A stretch of 64,000 nt of DNA from Gnetum montanum (lineage: Eukaryota; Plantae; Gnetophyta): positions 1,574,178-1,638,177 of the forward strand of contig MNCI01001065.1 in assembly GCA_015680685.1 (NCBI GenBank), in the 5' to 3' direction. The stretch's first letter is position 1; each line of letters opens with the position of its first letter. Positions 52,935-64,000 of this stretch are shown one piece after another. The notes beneath the pieces are model-generated. The model was not told where the DNA came from and did not search any database. It saw nothing but the letters and a program-made list of their open reading frames with translations. Both the position numbers and the translations under genes were made by a program.

Positions 52935-54249
52935 AACTATTAGCTATAGTATGCTTTTCAACATTATTTTTTATCTTTGAGTTAATATTGATTTTGTCAA
53001 ATAAGGAAAAATTTGCCTTATGAGCTATTTGTCTACATTGATAAAAACAATTTTTAGTACAAGTAAAAACATCTATAGAAGCCTCTATTTTCTTTGAATT
53101 AAGTATTGTAATTTGATCATTCTTATTATTGACATTAACTTGATTTTTCAAATCTTGAACTTTAGATTGTTTTTTTATTGATCATTAACTTTAATATAGT
53201 TTTTCGTTTCCTCAACATCTTTTTTTTAAAAAAAAAAAGGAAAAGCACTACATAAATGTGCTTCATGATAAAAAAAAGTTACAATAAATAGGAAGATGGT
53301 AGTAGAGTCTTATGGCTAGATGTATGTGACATATAATCAGTCCTTGTGTTCTTGCTACACTTTTAACCAGTATCTAACAAGTGTCATTACTTTTACTATG
53401 CTTGTAGGTGCAATGAACCCTAAAGAATAATCTACCTTGAGTTGTCCTCCTTTTCTTGCTAACTTGGGACTAGGATGGTGTTGTATGATGCTTTTTAAAT
53501 GTAGTACATCTTAAGTATTCACAAGTAAGCACATTTAGAATCATGACACCTATTAGATATCGATTACAAGCATATCAAGAATACCTTATATATCACTCAT
53601 GCATAATGAACCAAGGCATTGAACACACGCAAATGGGATACATCACAAGAAAGCATGATGTAGGATATCTTAGCAAGACAAAAAGGACTAATCCTATGCT
53701 ATGAACATCTAAGTATAAGTCCTCTTACCTACTTGTAATGTCAATTCCTTTTTATTATTAAAATTATTGATTTTAATAAAAACAATCTATGAAAATCAAA
53801 TGTTATAGAACTAGATTCCATATGCTTATTAGGATCAATAAGACTAATGATATTCTTCTTAGCTTTTTAAAAAATAAAAAAAAAATAAAATAGTTCAACA
53901 AAAAAGGAAACTTTAGAATATTCTTTAAATGAAACATCAAAACCTAGAGTCCACTTACAACTAATAAACACTATATGCTTATGTATAATTAACCCTATAT
54001 ATAGGGCGCATTGCACCATCAAAGCATTGACTAATATAACAAGTAAAAAAATTAATAATAATACCTAGCATGAAGAACTGAAATGCCATGTTTTTGCATG
54101 ATGGATAGAGTTAGTTAGAAAATTTTTACTCTAGTTTCATGTTAACTATATATCATTGGGATATGTATAATATTTTAGTTTTAATTCTAACATCTTGATT
54201 CCAAAAAATATATTTGTGGATTTTGACTACAAAAATATTTGATTTGTTG

Positions 54250-55712
54250 ATACTTCCAAAGGTTTTTTCAATAGATTTGAAGTTTTTTAGTGGATCGTAT
54301 GTTTTATCAATGAATGTGATATTTCTTTAATTAGTGGATTTTGTATTTCTATAGTGAATTTATTTAGAATTACATGTAATGTTCCCAAATTTAGTAGGTG
54401 ATTCTTCAAGCAAATCCATCACTTCTTTATTATTCTATAAGTTACCTAATGATTATATGCATCTATTACTCAAAAAACTTCTAGAAGATATGTTTTCATG
54501 CAAATTTTGGGTTATTTATATTATTCCTTAAATTTTTTGAGTTATTTAAATATGTCTTCAAAAGATTGAGGGTTGGATGTTATCTATGTAAGTTATCTAT
54601 CAAATACATTTTTGTTAGTAGAATTTATTAATTTGGAAATGGTTTCTAAAGTCCTTGATATTGGTGTTTTCAATCATCATCATGATTTATTAATTATTCA
54701 AAAGTGAACTTACTTATTTAATCCATCATATCTTGAATTTCAAAGGATTCCTTATTTTATTGAATTGCCAAATTTCCCATTGATTTTTGAAAAATTTGAA
54801 TGAGATATTATCTCTCAAATTGGAAAAATCAAACATTTTCAAACCCTAACTATTGCTAGTGGTTCTTGTAGAATTCGATATATGATTGAGCTAGATCTTA
54901 ATTCACTTAAATGAGAAATTCTTCTACATGCTAGTGAACTTGATTATGTGCAAACGATTATTTATTACAATCTTCCAAAGTCATATTACTATTGTTATTG
55001 AGAGGGTTATATGTTTGATTCATGTCCTTTTATGATGTGAGAAAAGGCTATGCAAGTGCATCAGTATCAAGTTACTACAAACATTACTAAGGTTTCTTCT
55101 ACAAATGGTGTAGATCCTTCTAAGGTTTTTTCTACATATACTATAGATTCTACAATGATTTCTTTTACTAATATTTCAATAGTTAATCCACCCTTTTTTT
55201 ATTACCATTCAATAATATGAGGAAGATTCTAGCCAAATCAATTTCCAATAAATTTTTTAATCACTAAGGAGAAAAAAATATGTGTTCTTAAGATCTCATA
55301 GAAATATGTTCTTGATTTACGTGATTTTCAAATGATTCTTCATAATAAAAAATTTTGAGCATTTCTATTTATTGGTGATCACATGCCAAATCTTTAGAAT
55401 GGATAGCATGGTCAAGATACTTTTCCTAATAATTCATTTGTAGTGATTAGTTAAGATATGGAGATAATATCTTTTGATAATGTTGATTCTATTGACATCG
55501 TGGGGGCCTCCTTTCCCTCCACCCAATGTTAATCTTTTCATAAATTGTTTGATTTTCTACCCTAAAGGAGAGGTTTTTTAGGATTGGTTGTAAGGTTAAA
55601 AACCTAAAAGGGCATCCTTAAAACTATTAGGCCTGTACTTTTTGTTGATTTGAAGTTTCTCCTTTCCACAATACTCCTTTGCTTTTGTACTTTGAATTTA
55701 ATATATATATAT
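54250..55712 (+). mobile_element. LINE ORF1-only element, copy 2
   Basis: FNPSYLEFQRIPYFIELPNFPL...IISQIGKI...RIRYMIELDL...QTIIYYNLPK (plant L1 ORF1 DUF4283/zf-CCHC_4 pattern); same 3' end as the copy at 7545; 5' boundary approximate. Confidence 0.72.
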
Positions 55713-56120
55713 ATTACACAATGTTTTCACATCACATCATTTAACTCTAAAGTGAAACTTCGATTATGAGGCACATAACCCTAAATTTGAATGAACACAT
55801 ATCATGATGTAAGATCAACAAATATTAACTCATATATATCACTAAGATAAAAAACATTAGGTATCGTAGTTGCATCAACATTACTAGAAGAATGTGTTAC
55901 AAATATTTAGTCATCAACTTCTAAATTTATAGTTAGAAAATTAACATAAATTTCTATATTGATAAAAGAAGTTTAAATTTTAACATTAATTGAGAAAGTT
56001 GGAAGTAATTTAGAATACCCCATAGGGGAATCCTAGAGACACCATATCTATTAGAGAAAAATCAAGGATAGAAAAGTTATATTTTCTATAAAAAAATCAA
56101 AGAGAGAAAAATTATATTTT

Positions 56121-56233
56121 TTAGAGAAAAATTAGATCCACTAAAGAAACATCAAATCTACTAGAGAAAAATAAAATCTACTAAAGAAACATTAAAGTTT
56201 CTAAAGAAAAATCAGATTTGCTAGAGACACATC
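56121..56233. repeat. ~20-bp minisatellite (CTAGAGAAAAATCAGATCTA-like, ~6 copies)
   Basis: Direct read of periodic CTA(A/G)AGAAA motifs. Confidence 0.7.
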
Positions 56234-56534
56234 ACTCAAAATAATTTATTCATTAGTATACCCTAATGCTGTGGTAATTTATTTACAACCTTTTTTTAGA
56301 GTAGGGGTGAGTGTTAAATCCCAAAAAAATATAACAATAAGCAAAAAGTTTCAAATTACATCACATACTTAATCACTAAATATAAAGCACCATAAATAGC
56401 ATGGAAATGATTAAATTTCCAATTTTAGGGATGTCTAGTCAAGTATATAGCCTTATAATGGATGCTTTCAAAAATCAAGAGAGTAAAATTAATTGTTAGT
56501 AGGGATGATAGTCCTAGTTCTAATGTCATTTTTC

Positions 56535-57093
56535 ATGCCAACTTGAATCGAACCTATGACTTAGAGCTTTCAAATCAAGTGTCTTGCTACTAGACTAAGA
56601 CCTCATTAATAATGATAATGATAGTATGATGACAATATCGTATGGATTAGAGCTACCATTAAAAAACAACAAGGTGTCAACTTAGTGGTAAGACTTTTGA
56701 ATTGAAAGCTCTAAGTTATGGGTTCAATTCTAGTAGGCAATGCTAAGTTATAACGTTCTAACATCTAAAGTTATTATTAAAACAAGTTTATACCTATGTT
56801 GCATCTATTGAGGTGATGGGAAAGGATTAGAACCTAAACAATAGTTAATATGATATATTAGAAGAATTATAGAGGAATATAACAATACCTCAATTTTAAC
56901 TTAAATTGGCAACCTCATAGATGCAATTCCTTGTTAGTGAATGAAGCGTTAGTCTAGTGGTAAAACTTTTGATTTAAAAGCCATAAGTCATTGATTCAAG
57001 TCTAGCAGGCAATGCTAAGTGTAAAATTCTAATTTATCTCTATGTATTGGAAATAAATATTATTGAAGTAAAAAGTTCTAGATTCCAACACCC
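56535..57093. mobile_element. Three further SINE copies: 56535-56607 (-), 56672-56760 (+), 56940-57093 (+)
   Basis: Each has TAGTGG/TAGTAG...AAAGC..TAAGT.AT...TTC.ATTC; the last ends GATTCCAACACCC. Confidence 0.7.
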
Positions 57094-57429
57094 TTCTTTC
57101 CACATCCCCCATTTCCTATCCTCCAAATAATGAACTAACTACTTAAGCTACCTCTCAATGACTATGCTGGTGATCATTGAACTTGGAACTATGTGTATAT
57201 GTACTCTAGTATGATCCTTGGATAATTAGTAACTCCTACTCAATTAAACCTAAAAACCATCCTTAATCTATTTTCAAACATTCACAATAATATGTAACAT
57301 GATATAGAAAGGAAAATATCACTAAAAACCTCTTTATTAACACATAAAAACTACAAATTACATAAAAATACAAATAATTAGACCCATGAATACATAAGCT
57401 AAAGATCTATGGAAACAATGGGCCTCCCA

Positions 57430-59100
57430 AAACAAACAAAAACCTCATACAATTAGTAATGGATGGTAGGCACTTTAAATGCATCTTGATTCCTAAAATC
57501 ATCTATAAAGATATTCAAAAATGACTAGTAAACTTGAAATCGCTATCATTGACAATAGATATTGGAATACCATGCAATTTAATAACATGCTAAAAAGAAA
57601 ATTAATAACATGAAGAGCATCATTTACCTTACTAAAAGGAATAGAATGTGTAATTTTGGTGAGCCTATCCACCAACAAAGATGGAATCATTACCATTTCT
57701 TTTTTTTTTTAAGAATTTCCCCAACAAAATCCATTAACATACTCTCCCATGGTAATTTAGAAATTAGCAATGGCAAATAATGCCTATCAACACCTTTGTC
57801 TCCTTTTAATTTCTAGCATATAAAAAATTCCTTCATAAATTTGGAAACATTAGTAGATATACATGACTCAAAATAGCTTCTTCTAATAAGCTCTAGGGTC
57901 TTATCTCTTCTCATGTGGTCTACCAGTCCTCCACAATGCTGTGCTAAGATGATCTTAGCCCTGAAATCACAATTGGGAATATAGAACTTCCTATTCTTAA
58001 AGAGCATAGCACTTTGGATGTGGTAATTCATCCATTGATAAGCTCTCCCAATTAAAGGAAATTTTAAATCCTTCCAAACAAATCCAAATTCAACATCATC
58101 ATTATATAAATGAGAAAATTCATTCATACTTTTCACTTATGGTAAACTAAAACTTACAACATGCACTTTTGATAATGCATTAATCACTACATTACACTTT
58201 CCACTCTTATGCTTTTTAGAAAAATTAAACTCTTACAATTATGGAAATTCATTAATTTTAGTGCCTCATGATCAATCATCAATACAAATTCTTTAATTAA
58301 TAAATAATGTCTCTAATGCTTAATGGCTTGAAGGATAGCATCTAACTCTTTCTCATGAATGTTGTACTTTTGTCTTAATTCATTGACCTTCTTTGAAAAC
58401 AAATGCTATTAGCCTATCCTCTTGGGACAATACTCATCCACTTGTTAACCCACTAGCATCCACCTCCACTTGAAAAAGTTTGTCAAAATTTAGAACTACA
58501 AGTAAAATATTACTTGTAATATTTTCTTTCATACAATCAAAACTCCCTTGCATTTCATCATCCGATCTAAATGTTTGATTCTTCTTCAAGAGATTAAAGA
58601 TTGACTATTTAATGTCATTAAAGTTTAGAATGAATCTCATATAAAATCTAGCTAATCCAAGAAATAAATGTACCTCTCCAACATTCTTGAGAGTATGCTA
58701 GTTCTTTATGGTCCTCACCTTGGTTGCCTTCACCTTCAAATGAGGTTTAGAAATCACATGTCCCAAATATGTGATCTCCTTCTTCATGAAGTTTCATTTC
58801 TTAGTGTTGATTATCAATTATGCCTCATCCAATTTTTGGCACACCATCCTCAAATGATTAAAGTGTTCTTTCTCATTAGAGTTGTACACCAAGATCTCAT
58901 AAATGAAAATAATATAACATTTTCTAAATAACTTCTTAAGCACATCATGCAATAATCTCATAAATGTAGCAAGGGCATTTTTCAACCTAGATGACATCAC
59001 AAGTCATTCAAACAAATCATCTAGACTCTTGAATGTTATCTTTTATTCATCACTCCACTTAATTCTAATTTGATGGTATCCACTTTTCCAATTAGTTTTC
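57430..59100 (-). pseudogene. Decayed Ty3/gypsy pol (RT, RNase H, integrase)
   Basis: RLKNALATFMRLL...IIFIYEILVY..HFNHL; FQVEVDASG; HCGGLVDHMRRDKTLELIRRSYF; PWESMLMDFV; LVDRLTKITHSIP; gypsy domain order. Confidence 0.85.
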
Positions 59101-59104
59101 CTAA

Positions 59105-62100
59105 TGATGAGTGGCGAGGTACCCCTACACTCAACCATACGAATACGAACGTTACACACGTGATCCAGTTGAACTCCATAGAGTAAGTGCCTACACACCT
59201 TATGGACCACTTAAGGTTAATCATTTGTTGTCTTCCCAGACTTACTTGTATTTTTCATGGTTGTATGGTTAAGTAAGTCTGAGGTATATGATTTTTATGT
59301 CTTTTATGTTTTATCTCCTATGCTGATAAGGAGAAGGGTGAAGAGACTAATTAACTAACTTTAACTAACTAACTAAGACTTAATTAACCTAGCATCAGTA
59401 TCCGTTCCCACTTACCATTCACACCCTGAACCAATGCAACCTTGGTTACCAAACGCTATTCGTTGCTGGGATCACCAAGCGTAACGCACGTGCTCCAACC
59501 GGTCGTACTAAATGCACTTAACTAGGAGAGAAGGGTTGAGAAAGATTTAATGAACTAATAAAGCATTTAAATGATAAATAATAAATAAGAATAAGTAAAT
59601 TCCTATTTAGCCTATGCCATGCACTGCAAGGTTTATCCAAGAAGTTCATCTTTATTTCTGTACACAAACTTGTGTTTAGGTACAATATTTGCTTGAATAA
59701 AGATCCGTTCACTTTGGAGCTCCTACTGCGGGCACATGGAAATTATTCTATCTCTGGAGAGGTAAACTGCCAGAGTTTTGCTACGGTGTAGGCCTATAAT
59801 TAGAAATAAGGGAGAGACGCCTCTTATTTATAGATTTGATGATGCACTGCGATATCGTGTACGCGATATTGTAGGGGAAGATGCGATATCGCAGGGGATA
59901 CGATATCATGGCCCATGCGATATCACGTCCCATCATACCCTCATGACTGAATAAAAACTCATCCTCAAGTTCCTTACAAAATATTGGGATGGTATGGGAT
60001 TATTGACTCAAATGGAACTAATGGGATGACATGTGAACAGATCATCATTACAAGACAAGAAAAAATTGGTGTTCATGACAACAAGAGTGAACACCTTATA
60101 CATTTGACATCAGGCCTTATTTGGCAGCTAAGAAAGAGAGAGAGAGAGAGAGAGAGAAGTTTTGTTGCTGCCAACGCCAAGATTGTGCCTTTCGTTGTCC
60201 ATCCATAAGTGCACCATGCATCTCGTTCCTTGCACAGCTGCTTCAGCACTGCTCCATTCCAAGTGTTACTTCCAAAACTAATCCATTGTTGTATGATTTC
60301 CATTTGCACACACAACATAGTCTTTATATTAGCAAGGGTAAATGAATCATAATGCAATTGATACCTTGCTTTGGTGAAAGGTCCATTGGCTGAGTTGTGG
60401 TATGGCTAATATGGATCTGGAGATATATTCATGGTGACTACCGAAGGTGTAGGTGTTAGGAGAAAATTGAAAAATTTGTGTCTGGACCCCCATGACTAAG
60501 AGCGAACCTCCAGTAGCGATAGAATAGAGAAAGAATAAAAAATAAGAAAGATGGAGAAAAAGAAACAACTATAACATTGATGAAATGGATGTCAAGATGG
60601 AAATGAACAAAATAAAGTTGATTGAAAAGATGTTAAGGGAAAGAATTTAACTGGTGCACCAAATAGGAATGTTAATGGGTCCTCCCCAAAGCAGGCTCAT
60701 GCCCTTAATGCCCTAACAAACCCACATTCAAAGAGTCCATAGGCTCTGGGAATGTCATTTGGAACAAGAGTTAAAGTATTAACCGCAAGAATTTACCAAA
60801 AAGAAAACAATGCATCAACCAAAATATACACTAATGATACAACNNNNNNNNNNNNNNNNNNNNNNNNNNNNNNNNNNNNNNNNNNNNNNNNNNNNNNNNN
60901 NNNNNNNNNNNNNNNNNNNNNNNNNNNNNNNNNNNNNNNNNNNNNNNNNNNNNNNNNNNNNNNNNNNNNNNNNNNNNNNNNNNNNNNNNNNNNNNNNNNN
61001 NNNNNNNNNNNNNNNNNNNNNNNNNNNNNNNNNNNNNNNNNNNNNNNNNNNNNCGTTGAAACGGTAAGAAAACTCAAGAAGAAAACATTCAAGCACCCAA
61101 GAGAATGGCCAACACAAATGCATCAAGTTCCCTTGAAGTCACACCCTTTTCAATCCTTGAGTCCTTCCTTAGTTTGAGAAATGCCCAATCACCAATTCGT
61201 TATAGTCTTTATTATAGAAAGGGAATATACATTTCCAAGCTGAGAGAGACCATATAAATTTGTGGATGTATGGATGAAGTGGACTCATTGCCTACTATAT
61301 CAAAAGAAACATACCTTAGTGTCAACATCATGACTTAAAGGTAAAAACCAAACATTAGTAATCAATATAAAATAGTTCATACCATCATGAAGAACACTTA
61401 TTAAATGACAAACTTACAAGATGGATAACACACACACACACAAAGAATGAAAAAGTATGAACGATGTTGTAAAAAAAAACAAGAAAAGTTAAAGAAATTT
61501 GTAAAACAAAATGTGTAAAACTAAAACGTGTAAAACAAAAATGTCTAAAACAAAAATGTGTGAAACAAAAATGTGTAAAACAAAAACGTGTAAAACAAAA
61601 ACTTAAAAAGAACTGAGGGACCCAAATGATTAGCATAGGTGGCCATCTCCCACATGACTGAATGGAAAGGGAGAGATCTGAAATAATGAACGTCTATTTG
61701 AATTTCTTAACAGTGTCTAGCTTCTCCAAATTGATGTTCTTATATTAAGGGGTGGAAGTTGGTGACACTCATATTCCAATGTATCTATGCCTTCATTATG
61801 GGCATGAGTTGTTCCCCTAGTTAGTTCCATGCATGTTGGTGGGTTACTCTTTCGATTAGCTATCAACCATGGGTTGTTCACTTGTTTTGTGGTTACTACA
61901 TACAAGCACCTTTGTATCAAAGTTTCTTGGGCACACTAGTTGCATGTAGGAGATGTTGGGCATTCCTCCATGTCATCACCCAATGATTCACTGTATGTGA
62001 TGCATGGAACTTTCTTCTTCTTGATCCTTCCATAAATATTTACCTTAGATATTTCCAAGGAAAGATCATGGATTCCTAGGCATGCATCTATTGTACTTAG

Positions 62101-63750
62101 CCATGCCCTCCCCATTATAATTGGTAAGTCCCCTTTGTCATTGTTTACGTGGATTACCAGGAAATCAGCTAGGTATGACCAACCACACATGGTGGTAACG
62201 ATGTCCTCCACCAATCCCAAGGGAATGGTGATAGACTAGTTAGCCAGCTCTAGTTGAATATTGCTCTTCTTGAGTTGGGGCAGGTTCTAGGCTTGACACA
62301 TTTCTCCTGAGATTAGGTTGACTCTGGAACCTGAGTTAAGAAGAGCCTTATGAGGTTCGTTCCTAATGACTTGGAGGTAGATTAAGGGACTTCTAGGGTT
62401 AGAGAGTTTCCTGGGAAGGTGGCCTACCTTGATCTAATCAGTTATAGTATGTGTTAACATAATCGTATGCGTTGAGCTTTGGTATTGTTTTGAAGGGAGC
62501 TCGGAAGCCTTATTTGTTGGAGTGGTCACAGACTCAACTACTTGTGATTATGAGAGCTTATCTAGGCTTTTGGTTCTGAAGAAAGTTCTTCTCTTCTTAC
62601 GGTTATTAGAACTAGTAGTGGGTTGAAGGTTTACATCTCTCATAGCATTACATTGCTATGGTTGAGTGGGAAGTTCCCCTTGCATTGTTGGAATAAGTGG
62701 TATTGGAACTAACGGTGTGAGAGAGGCAGATGGATTAGGAGGATGGTATGGATGTGGAGTGTCTCTCAGAAGAGAAGGAGTCCTTCTAAAATACTCCCAA
62801 ACTTGTTAGTGACGTTGTGGAGTTGTGTGACCCATGGAGTCACTTGGAGAAATCGGCTGCTGCACGTAGTATCCATAAGGATTGGGTTGCCGGTAAGGGT
62901 ATTGTTGCCTAAGCGGTGGCATCCCCCATGATTATGGGCGTTTCCACTACTGGTGTTACCCGATAGGATGTGGCAGAGTTCCACTTGGATAATACATTAA
63001 CGGTTGGTGGAACTGCCTTAGGTTACCTTGGGGATAAGGTAACCTTCGGGGTGCCTACCGTCTGTTAAGTCTTGGGTTGAGTGCATACACCCCAGACTCT
63101 TGTAGATGTGAGATTATTGGGCAACATCCCTTAGGATGGTCATATTGGTAGATCTCACATCCACCATCATTGTCTATGTCATAATCCACAACCTCATTAG
63201 CGATATTCATTTTTCCCTTACCCTTGTCATGTGCATGGCCTAAGTCTCTTCGCTTTTTCTTGTCCTTATCACTACTTCATTCCTCCTTAGATTCCTCTAC
63301 GATTTTTAGGATAGTTTCAATTTTATTGTCTAAGGAGCTCCATATTTCATCTACCTTAGCCTATACTTCCGTTGTTAGCTTTTGAAGTGGCAAGGTTTTT
63401 CTATTCACCAACTCTTCAAGTGGTGACTCATCCTCTTCATCACAGAATCTCACTCCCCTCTTCCGTAGGGAAGGATCATGGTTATACTCTTCCGCTCTTT
63501 CTCTTTTCCATAGCTCCCCTGATTCTTTAGCTACTTACTCCAACAATCAATGAATTTCATGGGATCTAAGTTATGATAATCTCCCTTGGGCATATGTCCT
63601 AAGGGTTCTCCTAGTTTCGTACCTTAGCCCATCTACGAGGTGGCATAGTTGATCCCGTTGTGCATAACCATGGCCTGGGCAATGATGTAGCAATGCGTAA
63701 TATCAGCCCATGGTAGCATCCAAGGGTTCATGAGTACCTTTCTTCCATCC
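59105..63750 (-). mobile_element. Third Athila-like element: 3' LTR (59105-59935), non-coding interior, gag-protease; no RT/INT
   Basis: LTR reads TGATGGG...CTCGCCACTCATCA on the minus strand with CGATATC repeats; purine tract GAGGGTA precedes it; PR ALLNSGSRVNL...GLVEDI...ADFLVI..PIIMGRAWL (61936-62350); gag HHCPGHG...DGLRYETRRTL..YAQG homologous to 10990-11150. Confidence 0.85.
61498..61601. repeat. 15-bp tandem repeat TGTAAAACAAAAA(T/C)G x~7
   Basis: Direct read. Confidence 0.85.
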
Positions 63751-63754
63751 TTGG

Positions 63755-64000
63755 TGTTGGTGACCATTTGGGATGCGACCGCCAACGAGTGTCCTCGAAC
63801 AGGATTTAGGTGCCTGCTCGTCTCTGGCAACACCAAGGCCCAGATACCTCCAAATAAACTCAGTAGTTAATGTGAGTATGTGTGTGTGCTGTTGTGGCGT
63901 GCGGTTGTGAGAAATGTAACGATTGCGTTGTGTGTAAACTACAAATGACTTACTTTAAAGAGATTCAGCCAACTTTGCCAAGTACTGTGAGTTGTTGAAA
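63755..64000. mobile_element. Probable start of a younger insertion (LTR-like) interrupting gag
   Basis: gag homology stops near 63750; the sequence then begins TGTTGG and becomes CpG-rich. The other end lies outside the window. Confidence 0.35.

Overview
AT-rich, CpG/CHG-depleted, transposon-dominated region of a land-plant nuclear genome, with two assembly gaps (13462-13907, 60844-61053). Only one apparently intact host gene is present: a 143-aa small membrane protein at 6184-6615 (-). The rest is nested, decayed mobile DNA. (1) A spliced hAT transposase pseudogene holds, in its last intron, a complete non-autonomous Athila-like LTR element (9402-18606, TSD AAATT, tRNA-Asp PBS). That element has gag-protease and an env-like Transposase_32/coiled-coil ORF but no RT/INT, and itself carries a younger LTR. 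(2) An intronless CCR4-type deadenylase pseudogene and a 5S rRNA internal-promoter fragment lie just downstream of a spliced, helicase-less Helitron2/Helentron-type Rep pseudogene. (3) A small two-LTR element with a tRNA-Asn PBS is followed by an inverted solo LTR. (4) A second Athila-like copy is split by a full Sirevirus-like Ty1/copia element (42011-48091). (5) The right end has a cluster of tRNA-derived SINEs, an ORF1-only LINE copy, a Ty3/gypsy pol remnant and a third Athila-like gag-PR element. The best candidate for an undescribed system is the co-oriented Rep / 5S promoter / CCR4-deadenylase module at about 21.9-28.4 kb. All family assignments come from motif recognition by eye; no searches were run.
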